Part shown: positions 19,175 to 28,921 of the stretch, piece by piece
Layout: the number at the start of each line of letters is the position of its first letter
How positions within the stretch are numbered: position 1 is the stretch's first letter
DNA from: Kiritimatiellia bacterium
GTDB lineage: Bacteria > Verrucomicrobiota > Kiritimatiellia > RFP12 > UBA1067
Length of the DNA: 64,000 nt
NCBI GenBank assembly: GCA_050949565.1
Contig: JBMNFY010000020.1
Coordinates: 32,001-96,000 of the forward strand
Reading direction: 5' to 3'
Notes under the pieces: generated by a model
Seen by the model: the letters and a program-made list of their open reading frames with translations, nothing else
Told to the model about the DNA's origin: nothing
The model's database searches: none
Made by a program: the position numbers and the translations under genes

Positions 19175-20464
19175 ATGAACGTGAAGCTGATGGCGTTGGG
19201 GTTGTTGGTGCCGGTATTCGCTTGGGCGCAAACGGTCGAGGTGCGCGCGGATCGCGATTCGCATGTGTATCGGTGCGGGGAACCGACCACGTTCACGGTG
19301 CGTGTGGTGGACAAAGATAACCAGCCACTGACGGCGGGACAGCTTAGCGTCGTACTGTCGAACTTTGGGACGCAGCAGGTCGCGTATGCTGCCTTTGATC
19401 TTGCGAAAGCGAATCCCGTGACATGCACCGGCACGTTGCACGAGCCGGGTTTTCTTAAGTGCACTGCCGTTGTCAAACTCGACAAGGCGCAGGTCAGGGG
19501 AGTTTCCGGCGCGGCCTACGAGCCGGAAAAGATTGTGGCCGGTTCGCCCCGACCGGCCGATTTTGACGCCTATTGGGATGCGGCGATTGCGCGGCTTGAG
19601 GCCGAAGTGCCGCTTGATCCGCGTGTCGAACGCTTCGATCGTTACTGCTCAGACAAGCACGAGGCGTTTAAGGTGAGTTTCGCGACGTTTGACGGCCTGC
19701 GCGTGTATGGGTTCCTCAGCGTCCCTAAGGGGCCGGGGCCTTTCCCGGTGGAAGTCAATGTGCCGGGCGCGGGGCCGGGCACGACGGGCCCCAACGTTGG
19801 CATGGCGGATCGCGGATTTATCCATTTGGTGATGAACGTTCATCCTTTCGAGCCGGCGGCGGATGCCGAAGGCCAGAAAAAGCTATATGCCGAACAGGAT
19901 CGCCAAGTGCAGGAGCGTTACGGCGTGAAGCGCTATTGCCTCGCGGGTGCGGCACAGCGCGAGACCTATTTCTACTACCGGATCATGTTGGGCATTAACC
20001 GTGCGGTCAACTGGGTGGCGGCCCGCCCGGATGTCGACAAGACGCACTTTGCTTACACGGGTAGCAGCCAGGGCGGGGGATTCGGTTTCTATCTCTTGGG
20101 GCTCAACCGTCACTTTACAAAGGGCGTGATTCATGTGCCTGCGATCACGGACTTGCTGGGCTTTCAAAAGGGACGCGACTCCGGGTGGCCGAAGCTGATT
20201 GAAAATATGCGGGAGTCCGACAAGGCCGCCGCCATAAAGGCTGCGCCTTATTTCGACGGTGCGCATTTTGCGCCCCGGATTACTTGCCCCGTGCGTGTGT
20301 CGGTCGGTTTCATTGATGAAACCTGCCCGCCTGCCGCTGTGTATGCGGGCTATAATGCCCTGCGCGTTGCCGACAAAGAGATCGGACACGGCATCGGCAT
20401 GCCGCACAGGGTCTTCCCCGAGTTCTACAATCGGTTCGATCAGCAATGGCTGAGACAGAGATGA
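19175..20464 (+). CDS. Secreted acetylxylan esterase-like (copy 2)
   Basis: Identical protein to 14556-15845. Confidence 0.85.
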   Translation: MNVKLMALGLLVPVFAWAQTVEVRADRDSHVYRCGEPTTFTVRVVDKDNQPLTAGQLSVVLSNFGTQQVAYAAFDLAKANPVTCTGTLHEPGFLKCTAVVKLDKAQVRGVSGAAYEPEKIVAGSPRPADFDAYWDAAIARLEAEVPLDPRVERFDRYCSDKHEAFKVSFATFDGLRVYGFLSVPKGPGPFPVEVNVPGAGPGTTGPNVGMADRGFIHLVMNVHPFEPAADAEGQKKLYAEQDRQVQERYGVKRYCLAGAAQRETYFYYRIMLGINRAVNWVAARPDVDKTHFAYTGSSQGGGFGFYLLGLNRHFTKGVIHVPAITDLLGFQKGRDSGWPKLIENMRESDKAAAIKAAPYFDGAHFAPRITCPVRVSVGFIDETCPPAAVYAGYNALRVADKEIGHGIGMPHRVFPEFYNRFDQQWLRQR

Positions 20465-20489
20465 GTCCGCGCCTTCCGCGCTGCGCGCG

Positions 20490-20724
20490 GATTTAGGATT
20501 TGAGATTTAGGATTTAGGAATTGGCGCTGCTCGGCTTTTTTATCCACAGATTTTTTTGGTGCGGGGTTGGCCGCAAGTCGCAAGCCGTAAGTCGCGGGTC
20601 AACCTCTCTTGTTGCGACCACGTGGTGGTTCGCAACCGTGAGAGTAAAAGCCGGACCATGTCTTTCCGTGTTCTGCGTTCCGTGGTTAAACAATCGATCC
20701 CGATAGCGATCCCGATCCCGATTT
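20490..20724 (+). repeat. Repeat island (GATTTAG, CACAGA, CGCAAGT, REP hairpin, TTCCGTG, CGATCC modules)
   Basis: Several modules recur in the islands at 4637, 27585 and 36545. Confidence 0.8.
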
Positions 20725-20728
20725 GGAT

Positions 20729-21156
20729 GAAACCCCGAAACCCTGAAACCCCGAAACCCGAAACCCCGAAACCCCGAAACCCGAAACCCTGAAACCCCGA
20801 AACCCCGAAACCCCGAAACCCGAAACCCTGAAACCCTGAAACCCCGAAACCCCGAAACCCGAAACCCTGAAACCCCGAAACCCGAAACCCTGAAACCCCG
20901 AAACCCCGAAACCCGAAACCCCGAAACCCGAAACCCCGAAACCCCGAAACCCGAAACCCTGAAACCCCGAAACCCGAAACCCTGAAACCCCGAAACCCCG
21001 AAACCCCGAAACCCTGAAACCCGAAACCCCGAAACCCCGAAACCCGAAACCCTGAAACCCCGAACCCCGAAACCCCGAAACCCCGAAACCCGAACCCCCG
21101 AAACCCCGAAACCCTGAAACCCGAAACCCTGAAACCCTGAAACCCCGAAACCTGAA
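20729..21156. repeat. Irregular tandem array of GAAACCC(C/T) units (7-9 nt, roughly 55 units)
   Basis: Read directly; the minus strand is (G3-5 TTTC[A])n. Confidence 0.97.
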
Positions 21157-21235
21157 TTCCGGCTTGCCTCAAAGCATCGATCTGGTTACGCTCTACCTCG
21201 GTCGCGTATGTGTCATGTGGCAGGAGGGTGCGTCT

Positions 21236-24200
21236 ATGAAACGGATACGAGTCGCAGTTTGGGTATCAGCCGTCCTCGGGACGGCGGCTATCGCGCAAGA
21301 GATCGGGTATGTGGAGCGCTTCAGTCTGGCGCAGGACCGCGAGGCCGCGCTGCAGGAACTGGTGCCCGGCACGGACGATGATTATTTCTATCGTGCGCTG
21401 CACGCCCAGAATAGCGGGGAACGCGACCGCTTCAAGGAGATCATGGCGCGCTGGCAGCGCGACCGCGATGGGGAACTGGTCAGGCCGGCGCGCGAACTTC
21501 GCGACCGTCAGGCGTTGCTCGATTACGAGCGGGAGCCGCAGGCCACGCTCGACTACTTAAGGAGGGAACTCGGTCTGAACTTCGCGCACGCGCGCCGTAC
21601 CGAGAAGCGGGTGAGCCGCGCGCCGTCGCACTTCGACAACGCCGCGCTCGCGCCGGATGCGCTGCGCGAACACGCTTTGCGCGACCCCCGTTCGCTGGAG
21701 GATCTCAGCGATGAAGGCCTCGCGTTTGTCGCCGCCGCGAAGCTCACCGACGACCAACGGCGCAGCCTGCTCGCGCGTCTGCGGCGTCCCGACCTGCCGA
21801 ATCTGGTCGATCTGGTCGCGGCTGATCTCGCCGCACGTGGCAGCCGGGGCTTCGGTCACCACCCCGTGCATGCGCAAATGACGCTGTCACAGTTGGACGA
21901 CCTGTTGCGCCGCATGCCGAGGCTGCGCAACGAGCAGGCTTTTGCGCTGGCTTATCTGGCTGCGCTCGTGCCGGCGGACGAGGTGGATCTCGACACCGAT
22001 GCGGCTGCGCGTCAAGCCTACTTCGAACGGCTCTGGGCCTATGCGAGTACGCTGGAGCCTGCGCACAACTCGCTCAAGGTGAATGTGCTCTACAACCGTC
22101 TGCGCCATGACCTGACGCAAGGTGTTTTTGACCGTGCTCGCTTTCTGGAATACCTCAAGTTGCCGCGCCAGGTGTCAACCTTGCGCCCCGAGTTTCTTGA
22201 GCGCGTTCCGCACGCCAACCAGATCGCCCGGCTCGATCAAGATTTCAAGCTGATCGCTCTGCCGCCGGTGCCGCAGGAGGAGCCGCTGGTACGCCGCTTC
22301 CTGCTGGAGTTTTTTAAGCAGGACAAGGACTACCGCGCCTTTGAAACTTACCTGCGCGATGATGTCCTGAAGCCGCTCTTCGCGGAGGCGAAGATTGTCA
22401 ACGGCATCGGCGAGCCGCAGCAGTGGGTGCCGTTGCTGACGCCTGCCGCCTACGCGCGCCTCAAGGAGCGGGTGGACATCGATTTCGCCGAGACCAATCC
22501 GCTCGAGTTCAGCACCGATGCCCCCGTGCGCTTGACCGCCGCGCTCAAAAACGTGCCGACCCTGCTGGTGAAGATTTACGAGATCAACACGTTCAACTAC
22601 TACCGTGAGACCGGACGACCGCTCAATCTGGCCATCAACCTTGACGGACTTGTGGCCTCGGTGTCACGCCGCATCGAGTATGCCGAACCCGCCGAGCGGC
22701 GTCACACGCAGACCTTCGAGTTCCCCGAGATCCAAAAGCGCGGCGTCTATGTGGTGGAACTGATCGGCAACGGCAAGAGCAGCCGTGCGCTGGTGCAGAA
22801 GGGACGGCTCGACGTGCTGCAGGAGGTGACCGCGGCCGGACACGCCTTTACGGTGTTCGACGAGATCGGGAAGCGCGTGACTGATGCTTCGGGCTGGTTG
22901 GGCGGACGCGCCTTCGCGGCCGCCAAAGACGGCCGCATCATCGTGCCGTTCTCGACGGCACCGGGCACGGAACACCTGATCGTCCGGCACGGCGATTTTG
23001 CCACGCGCGTCGCGTTCGACCATCTGGCCGAGCGGTACGAGCTTTCGGCGGGCATCTACGTGGAGCGCGAAGCGCTGATCCGCCGCGAACGGGCGCAGAT
23101 CGCCGTTCGTCCGAACCTGCGTCTCAACGGCCAGCCGGTCAGCGTGAAACTTTTGAAAGAGGTGCGACTGACGGTACAGGCGATCGATCTGCAGGGGCTC
23201 GTGACCACCAAAGAGTTTCCCGCCCTGACTCTGCGCGAGGATGCTGAAACCGTGCAGGAGATTCTGGTGCCGGAGCAAACGGTCGCGCTCGACGTGACCC
23301 TGCACGCCGAGATTCAAAATATCAGCGTGAACCAGAAACAGAAGCTGAGCCATACGGCGCATTTTGCTCTTAACGAGATGGAACGGACACCGCTGACACG
23401 CGCGCTCTATTTCGGGCGCGACGTCGATGGCCACTACGCCGACTTGCGCGGCAAGAATGGCGAACCGCTGGCTGGCGAGCCGATCCATCTGCAGCTCCGG
23501 CACCGCTACTTCCAGTCCGACACCATCAGTGCCCATCTGAAGACCGATAAGAACGGTCGCGTGCGGCTGGGCGCACTTGATGGCGTACGTTCGCTTTCCA
23601 TCACTTCCAGCGATGGGGTGTCCGGCTCTTGGCAACCGTTGCACGATGTTTGCACCCTGCCGGAGGCGCTACACGGCAGGGCGGGCGACACGCTGCGCGT
23701 GGCATTGCCGCCGGGTGCCGATCCGGCGGCCACGTTGCTGGAAACCCGGCGCGGTCGATTCGTGAAGGAGTGGAACGCCGCATTGGCGGTGAAGGATGGC
23801 TTTTTGGAACTGCGCGGGTTGCCGGCCGGTGACTATTCGCTCTGGCTCGCCGAACCCGCGCGGGAGATCGCGGTGCGTATGACGCAGGGCGAGTCGCGTG
23901 ACGGCTTTGTGGTGGGATCGCGCCGTGCGTTGGAACTGCCGCGCCTCAAACCGCTTGCGGTGACTGCCGTCACGCCCGGCAAGCAGACGATTGAAATCCG
24001 GCTGGCGAATGTCACGCCGTTCGTCCGCGTGCATGTGGTGGCGACGCGCTATCAACCAGCCTACGACCTGTTTGCCCGGCTTGGTGCGACTGCAGCCGCG
24101 CGCCCGCTGTGCCAGCCTTGGCAGTCGGCGCGCGCGTTTTACGAATCAGGGCGCGACATCGGCGACGAGTACCGCTATATCCTCGACCGCCAGCAGGCGC

Positions 24201-27200
24201 GCACGTTCCCCGGCAACATGCTGGAACGCCCCGGCCTGTTGCTAAATCCCTGGGCGTTGCGCACGACCGACTCCGACAAAGAACGGCTCAAGGCAGGCGG
24301 CGCGTATGCGGGCCGCGCAGCGCGGGAGGCCAAAGCCGACGGGCGTGGCGCGGCGGTGCCTGCGGAACGGGGGGGGGCAGGGACGACCGAGGGCTTTGCC
24401 TCGCTTGACTTCCTGCGCCAGCCCGCCGTGACGCTGTTGAATCTGGTGCCGGACAAGTCGGGGACGCTCTCGATTCCGCGTGAGGCGCTCAAGGGGCTGC
24501 CCTGCTTGCGTGTGCTGGCGGTGGACCCGACAGCCACCGTGCTCGCGTGCGCCTATCTTGAAGACACGCCGGTCGAGACGCGCGATCTGCGGTTGGCCGA
24601 CGGACTGGAGCCGGCCAAGCCGTTTGCCGAGCAGAAGCTGATCACGCCGCTGCAAGCCGGCGAGACGGTGGCGGTGGCCGACTTGGCGGCCGCGCGGTTC
24701 AAAGTGTTCGGCACAGTCGCAGACCTCTATCGGCTCCTTGCTACGCTCAATCCCGATCCGACCTTCGCCGAGTTCGACTTCGTGGCGAAGTGGGACAAAC
24801 TGGATGAAGCGGAACAGCGTCGCCTCTACTCCAAGTATGCCTGTCATGAGTTGCACCTCTTCCTTTATCACAAAGACCCGCGCTTCTACGAGGCGGTGGT
24901 CGCGCCCGCGCTCGCCAATAAAAAAGACAAAACCTTTATCGACCACTGGTTGCTGGGCGACGATCTGAGCGGCTTTCTGGAGCCGTGGCGTTTCGGGCGT
25001 CTGAACGCGGCCGAGCGCGCGCTGCTGGGCAAGCGCTTGCGCGCCAAGGCACTTTCGCTGGCGCGGGACGCGCGCGAACGTGCCGACCTGACGCCGCCGG
25101 ACATGGAGGCGTTCAACCGGCGTTTCGACACTGCCATCCAGGCCGGTGCGTTGGAAGACGAGGCAACTGCCACTGAAATCTTGGCTCGGGAGAACGCACA
25201 GGATCCGTTCGATACCGCACCGTCGAAACCGAAATCGGCTGGGGCACCTCAAGCTCTCCGCGCGGCGAGACAGGAAGCCGCCCCCGCTCCGAGTGCCGCA
25301 TTTGATCAGGTCATGACCGTCAAAAGCCCAGTGATTTTGAAGAACATGTATGCATCGGCGAGAGACACGGGGACGCGTCAGGCCAAAAAGCGTGACGAGT
25401 CGGTCAGCGGGTTAGAGGACAAGGATGACATCCCGGTTTTCCTTGAAGAGTTGTCCGCTGAACGCGACCAAGGACGGCGCTTCTTCCAGAAGCTGGACAA
25501 GACGCAGGAGTGGGCGGAGAACAATTACTGGCACCAGCCGATTGAGCGGCAGATTGCTACGCTGGTCGCGGATAACGGCTTCTGGGCCGACTACGCGATG
25601 CACGACGGCCGGACGCCCTTCCTCTCGAAAGCGCTGCTGGAAACGACCTCGTCGTTTACTGAAATGATGTTGGCACTGGCGGTGCTGCAGGTGCCGTTCG
25701 AGGCTGGCGCGCACACGGAGCAGGTCGAGGGTGCGTCCTACACGTTGAAAGCGGCCTCGCCCTTGCTGCTTTTCCACCGCGAGATTCGCGAGAGTGCACG
25801 CGCCAAAGAGGCCGACTCGGTGCTGGTTGCGCAGCGCTTCTTCCGCGCGGACGACCGTGCCCGCTTTGAAAACGAGAAGAAGTTTGACAAGTGGGTGACC
25901 GATGAGTTTTTACCGCAGGTGGTCTACGGCACGCATGTGGTGCTGACGAATCCCACCGGCGAGCCCCAGGCGCTGAACGCCTTGCTGCAGATCCCGGTCG
26001 GTTCGATTCCCGTGAATGCCGGGTTCACGTCGAAAGGCGTTTATCTGGTGCTGGAGCCTTATGCCACCCAGACCTTGGAGTATTTCTTTACCTTCCCGGC
26101 GACCGGGCGTTTCGCGCACTATCCGGTGACCCTTGCGAAAGAAGGGCGCGTGATCGGCGCGGCCGAGCCATTCACATTCAACGTCGTGGAGCGGCTGAGC
26201 CGCGCCGACACCGAGTCGTGGGCGTGGCTCTCGCAGAACGGCACGGCGGAGCAGGTATACGCGTTTCTCGACAAGGCCAATATCCATCGGCTCGATCTGA
26301 ATGAGATCGCGTGGCGCATGAAAGACAAAGCCTTTTTCAAAACGGTGATCAGCCTGCTGGAGGCGCGCCACATCTATCACGACACGCTCTGGTCGTACGG
26401 TATTCTGCACAACGAGCCTACGGTGATCCGTCCGTTCCTGCAGCATTCGTCCTTTGCGACACGGTGCGGCCTGTGGCTGGAGTCGCCGCTGCTGTCGCTG
26501 AATCCGGTCGAGCGTTTCGTTTATCAGCACCTTGAATACGCGCCGCTCGTCAATCCACGCGCGCATCAGGTCGGCGCACAGCGTACCATCCTGAATCCGG
26601 CCTTCCTGCGCCAGTACCAGCATTTCATGACGGTGCTCCGCTACAAGCCCCGTCTGTCGGCCGCCGACACGTTGGCGGTGGCCTACTACATGGCGTTGCA
26701 AGACCGCGTGGCCGAAGCGTTGGAGACCTTCGGACGGGTGAAGCGCGACGAGATTACAGAGAAGCTACAGTACGACTATCTGGCGGCGTATCTGGCCTTT
26801 TACACCGGCGACCTTGAGCGGGCGCGCGCGTTGGCCAAGGCGCATGCGAACGAAGGCGTGGCGCGTTGGCGCGACCGCTTTGCGCAAGTGTTGGCGCAGC
26901 TCGATGAGATCGCCGGGAGCGGAAGCGGTGCCACGCCGGTCAATGCGGAGAGTCGCGACCAAGCGCAAGGCGCGCTGGCCGCGACCGAGCCGACACTGGA
27001 GTTACTGGTGGAGGCGGGACGCATCCAGCTCGACACACGCAATGTGGCGGAAGTCACGCTCAACTTCTATCCGATGGACATCGAGTTACTCTTCTCACGC
27101 AACCCCTTTCTGCAGGAGGGGGCCGCGCAATTCGCCTTCATCCGGCCGGTGGCGAGCCGGACGGTTGCGGTCGCCGCCGGGCAGAAACGTACCACGGCGG

Positions 27201-27562
27201 AGTTGCCGCCCGAGTTCGCCACCAAGAACGTGATGGTGGAAGCGCTGGCGGGCGGCGTGCGCAAGACGCAGGCCTATTACGCCAACACGCTCAGGGTGCA
27301 GATGATCGAGAGCTACGGACAACTGGTGGTCACGCAGGCCGAGACCGGCAAGCCGGTGCCGGGCGCGTATGTCAAAGTGTACGCCCGCGTAAGCGGCGGT
27401 GCGGTTAATTTCATTAAGGACGGCTACACCGATCTGCGCGGCCGCTTTGACTACGTATCGCTCAACACCGATGAGGCCAACCAAGCCGAGCGTCTGGCGG
27501 TGCTGGTCATGAGCGATGCCTTTGGTGCGGTCGTTCGCGAAACCCAACCGCCGAAACGGTGA
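21236..27562 (+). CDS. Very large (2108 aa) secreted uncharacterised protein
   Basis: AGGAGG RBS, signal peptide MKRIRVAVWVSAVLGTAAIA, uninterrupted ORF; C-terminal YVKVY...KDGYTDLRGRFDY. Confidence 0.9.
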   Translation: MKRIRVAVWVSAVLGTAAIAQEIGYVERFSLAQDREAALQELVPGTDDDYFYRALHAQNSGERDRFKEIMARWQRDRDGELVRPARELRDRQALLDYEREPQATLDYLRRELGLNFAHARRTEKRVSRAPSHFDNAALAPDALREHALRDPRSLEDLSDEGLAFVAAAKLTDDQRRSLLARLRRPDLPNLVDLVAADLAARGSRGFGHHPVHAQMTLSQLDDLLRRMPRLRNEQAFALAYLAALVPADEVDLDTDAAARQAYFERLWAYASTLEPAHNSLKVNVLYNRLRHDLTQGVFDRARFLEYLKLPRQVSTLRPEFLERVPHANQIARLDQDFKLIALPPVPQEEPLVRRFLLEFFKQDKDYRAFETYLRDDVLKPLFAEAKIVNGIGEPQQWVPLLTPAAYARLKERVDIDFAETNPLEFSTDAPVRLTAALKNVPTLLVKIYEINTFNYYRETGRPLNLAINLDGLVASVSRRIEYAEPAERRHTQTFEFPEIQKRGVYVVELIGNGKSSRALVQKGRLDVLQEVTAAGHAFTVFDEIGKRVTDASGWLGGRAFAAAKDGRIIVPFSTAPGTEHLIVRHGDFATRVAFDHLAERYELSAGIYVEREALIRRERAQIAVRPNLRLNGQPVSVKLLKEVRLTVQAIDLQGLVTTKEFPALTLREDAETVQEILVPEQTVALDVTLHAEIQNISVNQKQKLSHTAHFALNEMERTPLTRALYFGRDVDGHYADLRGKNGEPLAGEPIHLQLRHRYFQSDTISAHLKTDKNGRVRLGALDGVRSLSITSSDGVSGSWQPLHDVCTLPEALHGRAGDTLRVALPPGADPAATLLETRRGRFVKEWNAALAVKDGFLELRGLPAGDYSLWLAEPAREIAVRMTQGESRDGFVVGSRRALELPRLKPLAVTAVTPGKQTIEIRLANVTPFVRVHVVATRYQPAYDLFARLGATAAARPLCQPWQSARAFYESGRDIGDEYRYILDRQQARTFPGNMLERPGLLLNPWALRTTDSDKERLKAGGAYAGRAAREAKADGRGAAVPAERGGAGTTEGFASLDFLRQPAVTLLNLVPDKSGTLSIPREALKGLPCLRVLAVDPTATVLACAYLEDTPVETRDLRLADGLEPAKPFAEQKLITPLQAGETVAVADLAAARFKVFGTVADLYRLLATLNPDPTFAEFDFVAKWDKLDEAEQRRLYSKYACHELHLFLYHKDPRFYEAVVAPALANKKDKTFIDHWLLGDDLSGFLEPWRFGRLNAAERALLGKRLRAKALSLARDARERADLTPPDMEAFNRRFDTAIQAGALEDEATATEILARENAQDPFDTAPSKPKSAGAPQALRAARQEAAPAPSAAFDQVMTVKSPVILKNMYASARDTGTRQAKKRDESVSGLEDKDDIPVFLEELSAERDQGRRFFQKLDKTQEWAENNYWHQPIERQIATLVADNGFWADYAMHDGRTPFLSKALLETTSSFTEMMLALAVLQVPFEAGAHTEQVEGASYTLKAASPLLLFHREIRESARAKEADSVLVAQRFFRADDRARFENEKKFDKWVTDEFLPQVVYGTHVVLTNPTGEPQALNALLQIPVGSIPVNAGFTSKGVYLVLEPYATQTLEYFFTFPATGRFAHYPVTLAKEGRVIGAAEPFTFNVVERLSRADTESWAWLSQNGTAEQVYAFLDKANIHRLDLNEIAWRMKDKAFFKTVISLLEARHIYHDTLWSYGILHNEPTVIRPFLQHSSFATRCGLWLESPLLSLNPVERFVYQHLEYAPLVNPRAHQVGAQRTILNPAFLRQYQHFMTVLRYKPRLSAADTLAVAYYMALQDRVAEALETFGRVKRDEITEKLQYDYLAAYLAFYTGDLERARALAKAHANEGVARWRDRFAQVLAQLDEIAGSGSGATPVNAESRDQAQGALAATEPTLELLVEAGRIQLDTRNVAEVTLNFYPMDIELLFSRNPFLQEGAAQFAFIRPVASRTVAVAAGQKRTTAELPPEFATKNVMVEALAGGVRKTQAYYANTLRVQMIESYGQLVVTQAETGKPVPGAYVKVYARVSGGAVNFIKDGYTDLRGRFDYVSLNTDEANQAERLAVLVMSDAFGAVVRETQPPKR

Positions 27563-27584
27563 GCGAAAAGTGCATCGATTTGTC

Positions 27585-27708
27585 TCTCACAGAGGCACAG
27601 AGAGCACAGAGTTTTTTGGAGCAGTGCTGGCCGCAAGTCGCAAGTCGCTGGCCGCAAGTCAACCTCTCTTATTGCGACCACCCAGTGGTCGCAATGATGA
27701 GTGTAAAA
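27585..27708 (+). repeat. Repeat island with GCGACCAC REP
   Basis: CACAGAG x3, CGCAAGT units, then AACCTCTC-TTATTGCGACCACCCAGTGGTCGC (27669-27708). Confidence 0.82.
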
Positions 27709-27831
27709 GCGCTGCTCTGTTGTTTCACGCGAATATGCTAAGTTGTCCTCAGGACATCTGAATTGTTCGTTCTAGGTGAGATGGTGAATTGTTCTGAATG
27801 GAGGCCAACAGTGAAATCAAATAACTGGAAC

Positions 27832-28836
27832 ATGCAGAAAGCTGTTGTGCTGTGGAGTCTGTTGGTTTTGTTCTCACTCGGGTTGCAGGGCGAGGAACCC
27901 GAGCAAGCAAACGTGCGTTTTGTTCCGGGGAACAGGAAAGCATATATTGCTCAGTCGTATTTTAGATGCAGAGGTGAAATTCATAGCGGACGTCCTTTGT
28001 TCGCGGCGCAAAAAATTGAAGAACTAAAACGGGAGGGATTTAGCGAAAAAATCATCGGTCAACTGGAAGCTGAATATCTTAAAGAATATGATCCGGTTGC
28101 TTGGTTCCAGAAAAAACCTGAAGATGAGGCTGCTTTTTATAGGGCGTTCACGTATTCGCTTTTTGAGGATAGAGATTATCACACGGCAAGAGCGGTGATT
28201 TCCAAAATGCCGAAAAGTTATAAGGAACAATATCCGTTGGTCACAACAAACGTGCTGTTGGAAGGTGTGGATGCTAATGAAAGAAATACGCCGGGATTTG
28301 TGGTGATTTCCAATAGCTCGGTCAGGATTTTTCGACACTTCCCGAACATCGTTAACACACTGACGAACTGTACGGCAAGTCATTACGTCAAATGGGAAGA
28401 GTATGTAACGGCCACCTATGAGAACAGGCTCCATTTGTTTAATATGACATCCCGAAACCCCTTGGCTTCAATCGATCAACTTTTTGATGCCGACGTTCTT
28501 TGGTCGCCAACAGGGCGCTATCTTGCCGTGCGGGGGTACCGTCTAATCAATGATCCGCCATCTGATACGGTGTCTCCAGCAATGACAGAAAACAGCAGAC
28601 TCAAAAGTTACTTATGGGTCGTCGATACGCAGCAGCCTGAGAAGCTTTATGCCATAGATCAATTTTATGATTTTGCCGTGTCAATGGAAAATCAAGGCAT
28701 GAAAATGCGGTATGACCTACGCAAGTGGATTGATTGCGATAGTTTGAAGTGCGGTGTCGGGTGGAATGATGAGGGCAAAACGATAATAATTCGTTTTGAT
28801 GCAATGACTGGGAAGCCAACGGTTGTGCCCGAATAG
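27832..28836 (+). CDS. Hypothetical secreted protein, AT-richer than flanks
   Basis: Long ORF with hydrophobic N-terminus MQKAVVLWSLLVLFSLGLQG; no family recognised; start uncertain. Confidence 0.7.
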   Translation: MQKAVVLWSLLVLFSLGLQGEEPEQANVRFVPGNRKAYIAQSYFRCRGEIHSGRPLFAAQKIEELKREGFSEKIIGQLEAEYLKEYDPVAWFQKKPEDEAAFYRAFTYSLFEDRDYHTARAVISKMPKSYKEQYPLVTTNVLLEGVDANERNTPGFVVISNSSVRIFRHFPNIVNTLTNCTASHYVKWEEYVTATYENRLHLFNMTSRNPLASIDQLFDADVLWSPTGRYLAVRGYRLINDPPSDTVSPAMTENSRLKSYLWVVDTQQPEKLYAIDQFYDFAVSMENQGMKMRYDLRKWIDCDSLKCGVGWNDEGKTIIIRFDAMTGKPTVVPE

Positions 28837-28921
28837 GGCTAACCGATTACGCGGTGCGTTCCTAAAACCAGTTGCTGGACCGTTTCCGCAGTAGTATTAT
28901 TTTTTCAGAGGTAGGAGGAGT

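Larger units (their letters stand above)
11280..20523 (+). repeat. Tandem duplication of ~4.62 kb (11280-15903 and 15904-20523)
   Basis: Same five ORFs at offset 4619; both copies begin GTCAGGAAACGG and end GATTTAGGAATTG. Confidence 0.97.

Noticed and set aside
20540-21172. 210-aa GFRGFGVS-repeat ORF
   Set aside because: It is the translation of a stop-free DNA repeat; irregular 7-9-nt units show no codon-level constraint.
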